A stretch of 64,000 bases of DNA from Desulfobacterales bacterium (GTDB lineage: Bacteria > Desulfobacterota > Desulfobacteria > Desulfobacterales > UBA2174). The notes beneath the pieces were generated by a model that saw nothing but the letters and a program-made list of their open reading frames with translations, did not search any database and was not told the DNA's origin. The stretch lies in contig CAXXWC010000015.1 of NCBI GenBank assembly GCA_963668645.2, positions 32,001-96,000 on the forward strand, read 5' to 3'. A program made the position numbers and the translations under genes. Shown piece after piece: positions 10,715-20,932 of the stretch (position 1 is its first letter; each line of letters begins with the position of its first letter).

Positions 10715-11185
10715 ATGGAAAATTTCTCCGAAAGGTCCATCCGCAACATTCTGATTGCCGTTGATGAGTCCGAAAACAGCCGCCGGGCGGTTAAATATGT
10801 CGCCGATCTGCTCGAAGGGCTGCATGGTTTCCGGTTTTTCGTGCTGCATATCATCAATGAGCCGGGGGAGGACTTTTTTGCCTCGAACCGGGACAAAGAA
10901 GCCTGGATGGCAGAAAGGCATCGCGGCGCCAAGAAAATCCTGGCCGGCGCGAAGGATCTGTTGGAAAGCCGGGGCTTCGACCCGCAACTGGTGACAACCC
11001 GGGCCAAGGTCAGGTATTGTCCTTCGGTGGCCGAATGTATTTTACACGAGGCTCAACTGTCACGGTCCGAAACCATCGTGGTCGGCCGCAAGGGGGTTTC
11101 ACGGCAAGAAGAATTCCTTTTCGGCTCGGTTTCCAACCGGATCATTCACAAGGCCAGGGACTGCACCGTTTGGGTGGTGGAATGA
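10715..11185 (+). CDS. Universal stress protein
   Basis: ILIAVDESENS, VVGRKG...FGSVS motifs. Confidence 0.92.
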   Translation: MENFSERSIRNILIAVDESENSRRAVKYVADLLEGLHGFRFFVLHIINEPGEDFFASNRDKEAWMAERHRGAKKILAGAKDLLESRGFDPQLVTTRAKVRYCPSVAECILHEAQLSRSETIVVGRKGVSRQEEFLFGSVSNRIIHKARDCTVWVVE

Positions 11186-11279
11186 GCGTGCCGTACCGGG
11201 ACGGTCCATCAATCTCCGACCTGCATGCGGCCGCGGCCCCGGAAAACGCACCGCCCCACAGAAAGGGCCGCACGACACC

Positions 11280-12197
11280 TCAGACGGCACCAACCGGATT
11301 CCATTCCGGTAGTCCGCTTTTCATCATCTGGCCGGGCAATGGGTGGCCCAGCATCTTTTCAAGTTGTTTTGCCGCTTCGATCAGGCCGTAAAGATCCATA
11401 CCGGTCGAAACGCCCATTTCCTCGAACATGAAGACCACGTCCTCGGTGGCCAGATTCCCGGCCGCCTGGGGCACGTTCGGGCATCCGCCGATGCCGCCCA
11501 GGGACGTGTCAAACATGGTGACCCCGGCCAGGTACCCGGCGTACAGGTTGGCCATTGCCACGCCCCTGTTGTTGTGCAGATGGAGGCAAAAGTTTGTCTC
11601 CGGCAGTTCTTCCTTGAAAAAAGAGACATCATCGTGAATCTGAGCCGGATTGGCCAGTCCGGTGGTATCGGCAAGCGAGATCCGGTCGGCGCCCCCGTGG
11701 ACGAAGTGCCTAGCGATCTTCAGGACATCCTGCCTGGGAACCCGGCCCTGGAAGGGACAGCCGAAGGCCACGGCTATCACCCCGCAAACAGGCACCTTCC
11801 TTTCCCGGGCCAGTGAAAAAATGGCGCCCAGATCCCCAAGAGACTCACCGATGCTGCGGCGCACGTTGGCCTGATTGTGGGCCTCGGAGGCCGATACGAA
11901 AACGACCAGGCGATCCGCACCGGCCTCCAGAGCCCCCTGGGCGCCTTTCAGATTCGGCACCATCACCTCGTGCGTCATCGGTCCCCGAGGCACTCTGGCC
12001 ATCAGCCCGGCGGCATCCTTGAGCTGTGGGATCGCCCTGGGACTGACAAACGACGTCGTCTCCAGGTACTTGACGCCGGCTTGTTCCAGCGCCCGGATCA
12101 AGGCGAGCTTGTCTTCGGTGGAAACGAAGTCTTTTTCCGACTGCAGCCCGTCACGCAGGGCCACCTCCCTGATGATTACCTTGGATGGTGCATCCAT
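11280..12197 (-). CDS. Hydroxymethylglutaryl-CoA lyase family
   Basis: EVALRDGLQ, TSFVSP, LADTTG, HLHNNRG, GGCP...GNLATED. Confidence 0.9.
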   Translation of the reverse strand: MDAPSKVIIREVALRDGLQSEKDFVSTEDKLALIRALEQAGVKYLETTSFVSPRAIPQLKDAAGLMARVPRGPMTHEVMVPNLKGAQGALEAGADRLVVFVSASEAHNQANVRRSIGESLGDLGAIFSLARERKVPVCGVIAVAFGCPFQGRVPRQDVLKIARHFVHGGADRISLADTTGLANPAQIHDDVSFFKEELPETNFCLHLHNNRGVAMANLYAGYLAGVTMFDTSLGGIGGCPNVPQAAGNLATEDVVFMFEEMGVSTGMDLYGLIEAAKQLEKMLGHPLPGQMMKSGLPEWNPVGAV

Positions 12198-12242
12198 GTG
12201 AGCTCCCCGTTTGGACTTTAAGGAGACCTTTTTCACGGCCCC

Positions 12243-12686
12243 CTATGAATCGGCGCAATATTCGGCCAACTCCAGCAAGATGCCTTCCGGTCCGTAAAAG
12301 TAGACCAGTTTCTTGCCCAGCTTCTCGTAGACGAAAACCTCGCTGAGAAATTCAACCCCCCGGCTGCGCAGCCGCGCCATCTCATCTTCGATGTTTTCCA
12401 CCGTGAAGGCCAGGTGCCGGAAACCGATGGCGTTGGCCATACCGGGCGCGCCGGCCTTTTCCGAAGGCGGATGATCGTAGGCAATCAGCTCGACCTTGAG
12501 ATCGGTTTCAGGCAAAGCCAGGCGCACGTAGCGCGCAACCACGCCCTCCAACCGGACGACGGCCGATATCCACGGCCCGGACAGCTCGGAAGCGTCTACG
12601 GCGGCAAATCCGAACATCTCGAAAAACCTCTGGGCCGCCTCCAGGTCATTGACGACGATGTTGATATGGTCCAACCCTTTGATCAT
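12243..12686 (-). CDS. VOC/glyoxalase family protein
   Basis: DHINIVV, RHLAFTV, GPEGILLELAE. Confidence 0.88.
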   Translation of the reverse strand: MIKGLDHINIVVNDLEAAQRFFEMFGFAAVDASELSGPWISAVVRLEGVVARYVRLALPETDLKVELIAYDHPPSEKAGAPGMANAIGFRHLAFTVENIEDEMARLRSRGVEFLSEVFVYEKLGKKLVYFYGPEGILLELAEYCADS

Positions 12687-12689
12687 CTT

Positions 12690-14096
12690 TCAATAAACCT
12701 TTGAACCGAAGTATTCTCCGAACAGCTCCTTTTCCGAAGGCCGGTCCTCCGGGATGGGACGGCTGACCCAGGTGTAGTTCAGATAATGCTTCAAGTGAAT
12801 GTTTTCGTTAGTGATGTTGTTTCCCCAGAAGCCGCACCCCAGGCTGGCGGTCATGGGCATGCCGTTGGTAAAGGATCCGGAGTTGGAAAGCGAGGTCGGC
12901 TGGCGCACCATGATCCGGCTGACCGGCGCGGTTGACGCCAACCGGTCGATATGCGCCTCGTTGTGCGAATAGATGCTGCACGAATGCCCCCTGCCGCCCA
13001 CGCGAAAGATCGCCTCCATCATTTCCATGGCCTGGTCGAAATCGGAAAACCGGTATACGGCAACAATCGGAGAAAGCTTTTCCCCGGAAAAAGGATGCGC
13101 CGGCCCGATTTCCTGCTGCCTCACGATAAGAAATTGTTTACCCTCGGGCAACGCAAAACCGGCCTTTTGGGCGATTTTACCGGCCGAGCAGGCGACGGTG
13201 TCCACGGCCCTTGCGCCCTTCTCGTCCCACAAAGCGGCGGTGAGCAGCTCCTTTTCCCGATCCGAGAGCAGATAGCCGCCTTCGTTTTGCAAGGCTGCCA
13301 GGAAATCCTCGTAGATGTCTCCGGACACCAGTGCGTTGCCGTCCGCCGAACAGCCGGAGCCGTTGTCAAACATTTTGCTGTTTTTGACCAGTTGGGCCGC
13401 ATCGGCGACCTCAGCCGTCTCGTCAACGATGATGGTCGCGTTTCCGGCGCCCACCCCGAATGCCGGCGTGCCGGAACTATAGGCCGCCTTGACCATGGCG
13501 CTCCCGCCGGTGGCCATGACCAGATCGCATTTGGCCATCAATTCGTTGGTGAGGGCAAAACTCGGCCGGTCGACACACTGGAAAAGGTCCTGGGGAATGC
13601 CCTGATCGGCCAGCGAACGGCGCAGCACCGCCACGGTTTCCCGGATGGTTTTCAGGGCCCTCGGGTGGGGGCAGAAAATCACCGCGTCCTTGGCCTTGAG
13701 GGCGAACACGGCGGTGACCGCCGGGGTCATGGCCGGGTTGGTGGTCGGCACCAAAGAGACGATGACCCCCGCGGGTTTGGCGTATTTGACGATGCCCTTT
13801 TCAGGAATTTCCTCGACCATCCCCACGCTTTTTTGCCGCAGGCAATCGCGCAGCACGCCGTGGACTTTAAAGCGCTTGGCCGGCCGGCCTTGCCAGTCCC
13901 CGATCCCGCTCTCCTCGACCCCCATCCGCGCCAGGCGGGTGAAAGTGGTCTCGTTGGAAACGGCCCAGCCGACAGCCCGGCAAAGCCGATCGACCGTTTC
14001 CTGTTCATAATCGGCAATCGCCGCCAGGGCGCGACGCGCATTTTGGATGAGTTCTTCGGTATAAGACGCCTGGTCCGCACTTAATTCTCTAGCCAA
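12690..14096 (-). CDS. CoA-acylating aldehyde dehydrogenase (SauS-like)
   Basis: PTTNP, ATGGSAMVKAAYSSG, FDNGSGCSAD, GEKLSP, SLGCGFWG; TTG start after GGAGG. Confidence 0.85.
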   Translation of the reverse strand: MARELSADQASYTEELIQNARRALAAIADYEQETVDRLCRAVGWAVSNETTFTRLARMGVEESGIGDWQGRPAKRFKVHGVLRDCLRQKSVGMVEEIPEKGIVKYAKPAGVIVSLVPTTNPAMTPAVTAVFALKAKDAVIFCPHPRALKTIRETVAVLRRSLADQGIPQDLFQCVDRPSFALTNELMAKCDLVMATGGSAMVKAAYSSGTPAFGVGAGNATIIVDETAEVADAAQLVKNSKMFDNGSGCSADGNALVSGDIYEDFLAALQNEGGYLLSDREKELLTAALWDEKGARAVDTVACSAGKIAQKAGFALPEGKQFLIVRQQEIGPAHPFSGEKLSPIVAVYRFSDFDQAMEMMEAIFRVGGRGHSCSIYSHNEAHIDRLASTAPVSRIMVRQPTSLSNSGSFTNGMPMTASLGCGFWGNNITNENIHLKHYLNYTWVSRPIPEDRPSEKELFGEYFGSKVY

Positions 14097-14228
14097 TTTT
14101 GACCTCCATGTTGGTTTTAAAATCCGTTGGGATCCGTTTCATTCAGATACCTGTCCCTGTGCCCGGATGGGATGCCATCTTCGGGTGGTGATGAATCTAC
14201 CTGGCAAGACCAATCTTGCCGGCCGCTT

Positions 14229-14927
14229 TCAGATCCAGAAATTTCCCTGCGTCTGTTTCAATTCCTGCAAGAAATCCAGCATGAGGCGGTGGAGTGCCTC
14301 GATGTGATCCCGCATGACTTTTTCGGCCATGGTGACGTCACACTTTCCGATGCTTTCGATCACCATCTGGTGTTCGTATTCGATCTCCTGCTTTCGCCGG
14401 TCCACTCCCCTTTCCAGGCGGTGCATGAAATGAATATGTTCCAGGACCGTCCTTAAAAAGGTGCGCGAAAACTTGTTGCCACCCATCCGGGCGATTTCAA
14501 TGTGCATGTCCATGTCCAGCTCCAGGTTCTTCCGGTCGGTATACGCCGGCCTGTAGTTGTGCAGTAGATCATGCTTTTGTTTCAGGATCGCGAATTTTTC
14601 CGGAGTGAAATTTTTGATGGCATTGCGCACGTTGATGCATTCCAGCTCCAGGCGTATCTCCCACAGATGGGAGATGGTCTTCTCATCAACCGAAGCGATC
14701 CGGTATCCCCTGTTGGGTTCGTACAAAACGAATCCCTCATAGACCAGTCGGTTCAGTGCATTGATAATCGGCGTCTTGCTCAAACCGACCCAGTCGCACA
14801 AGTCCTTGTAAGGCAGCTTCTGCCCCGGGTTAAGCACCCGCCGGAACAGCAGCTCCTTAATGGCATGGTAGGCGTTTCCGGGTTTGTCGTCTGCCAGATT
14901 GTCCGCCTTGGATGGAGTATTGGTCAT
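14229..14927 (-). CDS. GntR-family regulator (FCD domain)
   Basis: LNPGQKL...LSKTPIINALNRL HTH; EHQMVIESI. Confidence 0.88.
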   Translation of the reverse strand: MTNTPSKADNLADDKPGNAYHAIKELLFRRVLNPGQKLPYKDLCDWVGLSKTPIINALNRLVYEGFVLYEPNRGYRIASVDEKTISHLWEIRLELECINVRNAIKNFTPEKFAILKQKHDLLHNYRPAYTDRKNLELDMDMHIEIARMGGNKFSRTFLRTVLEHIHFMHRLERGVDRRKQEIEYEHQMVIESIGKCDVTMAEKVMRDHIEALHRLMLDFLQELKQTQGNFWI

Positions 14928-14940
14928 TTTGGATAACCTC

Positions 14941-16233
14941 TCATGGCGCATCGGAAGCGATCTTGATCACAATCTCTTCGGAAAAATCGACCCTATCCCA
15001 GTTGAACTTTTCCACCGGAATGACAATCCGGCTGTTCGCGATAAGCCGGCTGTAGTCTTTCGACCAGATTTGATTGCCCCCGGACCAGGCTTCAAGGGCC
15101 ACCTTTTTCATGGTTCTGCGCACCTGGGCTGAAACACCGGGGGTCCGGAAGGATGTTTTCCAGTTGCCGCTCCCATGGCCAAGCAGCTTCTGCGGCACGG
15201 CATACCGGAGCGGGTCGAGCGCCCTTATCCGGACGATCCTGTCGTTGCCGGGCCGTCCAGACCGCAGATGCGCCAGAATATTGATGGTCGCCTGGCGGCC
15301 CTCCAGGGCGCAGATGTCATGCATGTCGGCCCCGCGCAATACATTTCCGGCTGCGTAGATACCCGGCTCGCTGGTCATATAGTTCATATCGACCTCCGGG
15401 CCCAGGCTTGCGCCATCCTCCCGGATGGTGGTGTGGTGGATCAGCGCGGCGTCCGGGCGAAACTTTCCCGTACACACGATGGTATCGCAGGCGATTTCGA
15501 ACCGCTCTGCCGTTTCCCGGCATTCCAGCACAACCCCTTCAACGCGCTTCTTTCCGCAAATCGCTCGAATGCGCACGCCTCGAAAAAGAGGAAAACCGAA
15601 CACGGTACGGATCACTTTTGCCGCCAGCGGGTAGGTCTGTACCTGACGATCTTCCGAGACCATGGCGCTGATTTTGGTCCCCGCCTTGCTCAATGTCATG
15701 GCCGCAGACAGTGAGACGTGTTCACTGCCGATGATCAGTGCACGGTTGCCGGGTTTACCGTGCTGTAAATTGGCAACCTGCTGAAGCGAGCCGGTTGTGA
15801 AAATTCCGGCAGGCCGGCTGCCGGGAATCCTGCGCGATTCCCTGGAACGTTCGAAACATCCGGTGGCGATCAGAATGCAGCGGCACTCACAGCGGATCAG
15901 TCCTTCTTCCGTGGCGACATCCAGGGCATGAAGCGAGCCGTCCCTGGCCGGAACAATCCGGGTTACCGTCGCACTGGTATGAATATCGGTCGGGGTCTTT
16001 CGAACCAGACGATCAAGTTTTTTCGCGTATCGCGGACCGCTGTATATTCTTCCCAAGTCTCGCATGCCGAAAAAGACATGGCAGCTTCGGGGGATCCCCC
16101 CCAGTTCGGTTTCGCTCTCAAACAGTGCGACCTTGATACCTGTGTGACGGGCCAACTCGATGCAGGCCGACAACCCGGCCGGACCACCACCGACGACCGC
16201 GACATCCACGGTTTTTATCCGGTTGTATGTCAA
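14941..16233 (-). CDS. FAD/NAD(P)-dependent oxidoreductase (pyridine nucleotide-disulfide family, partner of GlpA-like proteins)
   Basis: VVGGGPAG, ATGCFERS, IPGSRPAGIFT, AAGNV. Confidence 0.85.
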   Translation of the reverse strand: MTYNRIKTVDVAVVGGGPAGLSACIELARHTGIKVALFESETELGGIPRSCHVFFGMRDLGRIYSGPRYAKKLDRLVRKTPTDIHTSATVTRIVPARDGSLHALDVATEEGLIRCECRCILIATGCFERSRESRRIPGSRPAGIFTTGSLQQVANLQHGKPGNRALIIGSEHVSLSAAMTLSKAGTKISAMVSEDRQVQTYPLAAKVIRTVFGFPLFRGVRIRAICGKKRVEGVVLECRETAERFEIACDTIVCTGKFRPDAALIHHTTIREDGASLGPEVDMNYMTSEPGIYAAGNVLRGADMHDICALEGRQATINILAHLRSGRPGNDRIVRIRALDPLRYAVPQKLLGHGSGNWKTSFRTPGVSAQVRRTMKKVALEAWSGGNQIWSKDYSRLIANSRIVIPVEKFNWDRVDFSEEIVIKIASDAP

Positions 16234-16269
16234 TGCTCTGCCGCTCCTTTTCTGCTTGGCATTATATCA

Positions 16270-17577
16270 TCAGAACGCGACCATCGAATTCGGTAAAAAC
16301 AGAATCAGTTGTGGAAAAGCGATGAGAACGGCCATAACCACAAACTCCATCAGCAAAAACGGCAAGACGCCGATAAAGATGTCACTGATCGGTATCTCCG
16401 GCGCGACACCTTTGATCACATACACATTCAGTCCGACCGGCGGGGTGATCAGCGATACTTCTTCCATTTTCACGACCAGAATCCCGAAAACGATGGGATC
16501 AAATCCCATGTTGACCACGATGGGGAAAAATATCGGAATTGTGATCAACAGCATAGATATCGTATCCAGGAATAATCCGAGGGGAATGTAGATGGCGAGC
16601 ATGCAGATCAGGATCCAAACCGGTGCCACCCGGATGCTCGCTACGGCTTCCGAAACAGTTTCCGGCAGACCGGTCAGGGTAATGAACTGGGTGAAAAGGG
16701 TCGCACCCACGCAGATGGCCATGATCATTCCCGTGGTTCGACCGGTGTCGATGAAGGCCTTGGCCAGGACTTCCGGATTTTTGAAGTTCTTTTTAACGCT
16801 CATCAAAAAGGCGATAAAGGTGCCGACCGCCGCGGCTTCCGTGGGCGTGAAAATACCGGCGTAAATACCGATGACCACGGCCAGAAACAAAACGGTCACT
16901 CCCCACATCTGCGGCAGGGCTTCCCAACGCTGCCGCCAGCTGAACCGCATCGCTTGCGGTGCTATGGATGGGTTGCGTTTGACCATGACGTAAATGCCGG
17001 CAAAATAGATCAAGATCGTCAGGATACCCGGCAAGATGCCGGCCAGCAGCAACTTTGCCACGGAAGTCTTGGTGATAAAACCGTAGATGACCAGCACGAT
17101 GCTGGGCGGGATCAAGATCCCGAGAAGCCCACCGGCCGCAACTGCCGCCGATGAAAGCTTCGGGTCATAGCCGTATTTTCGCATCTCCGGTATGGCGACG
17201 GCTCCCATCATGCCGGCGGTTGCAACACTGGAGCCTGATGTTGCCGCGAAGGCACCGCTGGCGGCGATGCTGGCCATTGCCAGGCCGCCGGGCAACTGCC
17301 CGAACCACCGGTACGCGGTATCGAAGGCATGGGCCGTAACCCCTGCCGAGGAGGCAAGATAGCCCATCAAGATAAACAGGGGGACGGCAACCAGCAGCCA
17401 GCTTTTTAAAAAGGCAAAGGGATAGTTTCCCAGGCTGAACATCCCGATGCTCCAGCCGTCCAGAGAGAAAATCCCCACCATGCCGGCGATGCACAGCGAA
17501 AAAGCGATGGGAACGCGCATGAACAGAAGAAGCAAAAGCCCAGCCAACCCGACAAGACCAATTTCAACAGGACTCAT
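16270..17577 (-). CDS. dctM: TRAP transporter large permease
   Basis: AVPLFILMG, GILIPPS, FTPTEAA, ITPPVG. Confidence 0.92.
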   Translation of the reverse strand: MSPVEIGLVGLAGLLLLLFMRVPIAFSLCIAGMVGIFSLDGWSIGMFSLGNYPFAFLKSWLLVAVPLFILMGYLASSAGVTAHAFDTAYRWFGQLPGGLAMASIAASGAFAATSGSSVATAGMMGAVAIPEMRKYGYDPKLSSAAVAAGGLLGILIPPSIVLVIYGFITKTSVAKLLLAGILPGILTILIYFAGIYVMVKRNPSIAPQAMRFSWRQRWEALPQMWGVTVLFLAVVIGIYAGIFTPTEAAAVGTFIAFLMSVKKNFKNPEVLAKAFIDTGRTTGMIMAICVGATLFTQFITLTGLPETVSEAVASIRVAPVWILICMLAIYIPLGLFLDTISMLLITIPIFFPIVVNMGFDPIVFGILVVKMEEVSLITPPVGLNVYVIKGVAPEIPISDIFIGVLPFLLMEFVVMAVLIAFPQLILFLPNSMVAF

Positions 17578-17597
17578 AACGGCCGTTCTCTTCCATT

Positions 17598-18173
17598 TCA
17601 GGTGGACGGTTTCACGACGTCGATTGCCCGAGGTGCCTTTTCACCCTCCCCAGCCTGGGGGCGCTTCGAACCGTTTTCGGGCTGCCACATATTCATCAGA
17701 CTCTGGATGCACAAAGCAAGGCAACCGATGGGAATCACCAGCCTGACGAACCATACCGGCATCACATACGCCCCAAACCAGTTCGTCTCCCCGGTCTTGA
17801 AGGCCGACCAGAACCGCTCTGCCCCTGCATAGAAGAACATCAGGCTGAAAATCAGAATCAAGCCGCTGTCCACCCGTGCCAAGACCTGTCGCACCCGTTC
17901 GGGCAGCCGGGTGAAAAGAAGATCGACGGATATATGGCCTTTTTCGTGATAGGTTTGGAAAATACCGATAAAACCGATGACGACGAGCAGGTACTCGTTG
18001 ATTTCAACGGTACCCGGGAGGCCCGCCCCCAGGATGCTTCGCCCGGCGACATCCATAACCACCAGCAAAACCATCACCGCGAGGCAGACACCCACCACGT
18101 TGCGGGCGACTGAATGCATCCTGCCCAACCACCGGCCGCTGCAACTGCAACCTTTTTTTCTTGTCTTTGCCAT
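17598..18173 (-). CDS. dctQ: TRAP transporter small permease
   Basis: 4 TM segments, GHISVDL motif, lies between dctP and dctM. Confidence 0.88.
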   Translation of the reverse strand: MAKTRKKGCSCSGRWLGRMHSVARNVVGVCLAVMVLLVVMDVAGRSILGAGLPGTVEINEYLLVVIGFIGIFQTYHEKGHISVDLLFTRLPERVRQVLARVDSGLILIFSLMFFYAGAERFWSAFKTGETNWFGAYVMPVWFVRLVIPIGCLALCIQSLMNMWQPENGSKRPQAGEGEKAPRAIDVVKPST

Positions 18174-18322
18174 CACAAGAGGCTCTCCGCGAAGATGTTT
18201 TCGCCAGCCGATGAAGACAAGGCATTTGCTTCTGAGCGGTTTTCAGAATCGTTGCCGATCGTTTCTTAAAAAAAATACCTGCCCCAAGCGCATGCCTCCA
18301 TCGGCTGCATCAAACGTCCGGT

Positions 18323-19390
18323 CTACTTGCCGTAAGGATTCTCGTAAGGGTACTGATTTTCGTACTTTTCAACCAACGCTTTGTATTTTTCGAGAAACTG
18401 CTCGCCCGGCAGATTCTCTTTTTTCATTTCATCAAGCCAGGCTTGCCAGATGGCCGGGACCGCCATTTTTTTCGCCTCGGCCTTTGCTTCTGCCGTCCAG
18501 TTGATGATCTTGACTGCACTTTCCTTTTCCAGCTGCTGGAAAACCTCCTTTTCGGTCTGCGCCATCCATTGGCGGTGTCTCACCATCCCCTCTTGGCGCA
18601 GCGCTTCAACGATTTTTTTAACCTTGTCCGGAAAGCTGTCATAGGTCTTTTTCGACATCGCAAAATAAGTCACGGCATAGATACCCGCGCCGGTATTGAA
18701 CACGTGGGGCGCCACTTCCCAGAATCGCGAGGCATGAACGTTCAGCGAAGGAATTCCGAAGGCCCCGTCGAGAACCCCCCTGTTGAGTGCGTCATAGATT
18801 TCGGCATAGGACAGGGCAATGGGATTAGCTCCCCAAAGATTGATCATCTCGGCCACGCCGGCATAGCTTCGAAATTTTTTCCCCTTAATGTCGGCAACCC
18901 CCCTGATGGGAGTCCGGCTCTGGCAGGCCATGATATCGATTCCTGCGGGAAAAACCATCATCAAGCCGGCATTGTCCCATTCCCTGCGTACCGGTGCATA
19001 CCCGTTGTAAAGGTCCCACAGGGCCGCGCCGCTGGCATGGGGGTTTTCCGTGATATACAGCAGCTCGAACCCCCTGTTCAGCTTGAAGATATGCGGGGTA
19101 TACCCCATCCCCGTAAAGATGAAATCCACCGCACCGCTCTTGCAAAGATCTGGCATGTCCGGCGCCTTGCCCAAAGTCCCCGAATAATAAAACTTGGCCT
19201 TGTATTCTCCACCGGTACGCTTTTCCAGCTCCTGGCCGAACCAGCGCATCGAACTGGTCATGGGGTTGGTCTCCCCGTAGGGACTGGAGTATTTGAGCAT
19301 TTTCGCCGCCACCGGTCCTTGGGCAAAGATTCCGGTCAACATGAACATGCCTAAATAACAGAATAACAATCCGATCCGGTTTCCTTTCAT
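18323..19390 (-). CDS. dctP: TRAP substrate-binding protein
   Basis: Signal peptide; ELEKRTGG, DIKGKKFR, EIYDALNRGVLDG. Confidence 0.9.
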   Translation of the reverse strand: MKGNRIGLLFCYLGMFMLTGIFAQGPVAAKMLKYSSPYGETNPMTSSMRWFGQELEKRTGGEYKAKFYYSGTLGKAPDMPDLCKSGAVDFIFTGMGYTPHIFKLNRGFELLYITENPHASGAALWDLYNGYAPVRREWDNAGLMMVFPAGIDIMACQSRTPIRGVADIKGKKFRSYAGVAEMINLWGANPIALSYAEIYDALNRGVLDGAFGIPSLNVHASRFWEVAPHVFNTGAGIYAVTYFAMSKKTYDSFPDKVKKIVEALRQEGMVRHRQWMAQTEKEVFQQLEKESAVKIINWTAEAKAEAKKMAVPAIWQAWLDEMKKENLPGEQFLEKYKALVEKYENQYPYENPYGK

Positions 19391-19408
19391 GGTTTCTCCT
19401 CTCCGAGC

Positions 19409-20908
19409 TCAGTTGGCTAGCAACGTGAATCCATCTCCTTTGAAAGTGACCTCTTTTCTGTCGGCGTTCAACTCTTTTGCCATGATTTCGAGGATCTTCG
19501 GGCCGCACCAGTTTCTTTGGCACCGCCCCATACCTGCCCGGGTGCGAAACATCACCCCCTGGAGGGTCGTCGCCCCCCTTCGCACCGCTTCGGCGATCTC
19601 CCCTTCGGTCACCGTTTCACACCGGCAGACAACCCGTCCATATCGCGGATCCTTTCGGATCAGTTGCTCTTTTTCTGCATCGCAAAGATAGCGAAAACGG
19701 GGGATGGACCGGCGTTTCGGCTGGAAGCTGTCCTTTTTCTCCAATTGCAGTCCCGCATCCTGCAGCATCCCGGCCACCTTGCCGGCGATTCTCGGTGCCG
19801 GCGTAAATCCGGGCATCCGGACCAGGACGTTGATAAAAGCGGGATTATCAGGGGCGTGTTCGATGAGGTTTTCTTCGAATTCCTTGTCATTAAACGTTCG
19901 CATCCCGACGTAGGCGGTAATGACATCCTCTTCGGACAAACAGGGCACCAGCTGTTTCATGCGCGCTATGGCATCGTCGAAGTTGGCCTGGGTGGTTTCG
20001 GTAAAATCCCGGTCTTCCACCAGATCGTAATTGGCGCCGTACACATGAATGTTCCCCTCGCCGAGAGGATACAAAAAGTCGATCTTGCCCGAATCGGGCG
20101 GGATGCCGATGATGTGGCGGATGGTCCCATCGAGCTTCTTGTCCATGATAAGGGCCTGGCTGCGGTAAAAAACCAGGTGCCAGCCGGTCCTGGCATCGGC
20201 CATGTCGGCGATGCGATCCGCATATTTACCTGCACAATTGATGACATAGCGCGCCTTGAAGGTTCCCCTGGATGTTCTCACCAACTGGTGCCCGCCCCGG
20301 TTTTCGATGCCGCGGCACTCGGCGTTGAAAATGACGTGGGCACCGTTTTCCCGGGCGTTTTCGTATACCGCGATGACATATTCCGGGCCGAACATGGAAA
20401 TGGTCCCGGTAGAATCGTGCAATCCCTCGAGCACATCCGGGGTGACGTTGGGCTCCATCTCCAGCAGTTCATCCCTGGAGACTCTGCGCACAGTGCCTCC
20501 GGGGACGAACTGCGCCAGATGTTCCAGCCGTCGCAGCTTTTCCAATTCGGCGTCGTTTCTGGCCAGGATCAGCAGGTCCGTATGCTTGTGGGCGATGTCC
20601 AGATCATGAGCGATCCGGTCGAAGTCGCAAAAACCGCCCCAGAGCATCCGCATCCGTTCGGTTTTCGTCTCCTCTTCCAAATCCATCCCTTTTCCCAGAT
20701 CCTTGATCACCAGCGACAAGGCCTGAAACAACCCCATATAGATGAGAGAGCCGGCAGTCTTGCTGATGCCCATCGCCACATCGGGTTCCTTTTCGATCAC
20801 CGTGACATCCACCCGGTAGCGGGACAGCTCCCTGGCGATGCTCATTCCGATGATTCCCGCGCCGATGATTACAACGTCGGTTTCTTTGTCGAGAGATTCG
20901 TTTATCAT
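19409..20908 (-). CDS. FAD-dependent oxidoreductase, GlpA/LhgO-like, with C-terminal BFD-like [2Fe-2S] domain
   Basis: IIGAGIIG, VINCAG, CRCETV...RAGMGRCQ...C. Confidence 0.87.
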   Translation of the reverse strand: MINESLDKETDVVIIGAGIIGMSIARELSRYRVDVTVIEKEPDVAMGISKTAGSLIYMGLFQALSLVIKDLGKGMDLEEETKTERMRMLWGGFCDFDRIAHDLDIAHKHTDLLILARNDAELEKLRRLEHLAQFVPGGTVRRVSRDELLEMEPNVTPDVLEGLHDSTGTISMFGPEYVIAVYENARENGAHVIFNAECRGIENRGGHQLVRTSRGTFKARYVINCAGKYADRIADMADARTGWHLVFYRSQALIMDKKLDGTIRHIIGIPPDSGKIDFLYPLGEGNIHVYGANYDLVEDRDFTETTQANFDDAIARMKQLVPCLSEEDVITAYVGMRTFNDKEFEENLIEHAPDNPAFINVLVRMPGFTPAPRIAGKVAGMLQDAGLQLEKKDSFQPKRRSIPRFRYLCDAEKEQLIRKDPRYGRVVCRCETVTEGEIAEAVRRGATTLQGVMFRTRAGMGRCQRNWCGPKILEIMAKELNADRKEVTFKGDGFTLLAN

Positions 20909-20932
20909 GGTGACCTGCTCTATCCGGCTTTC

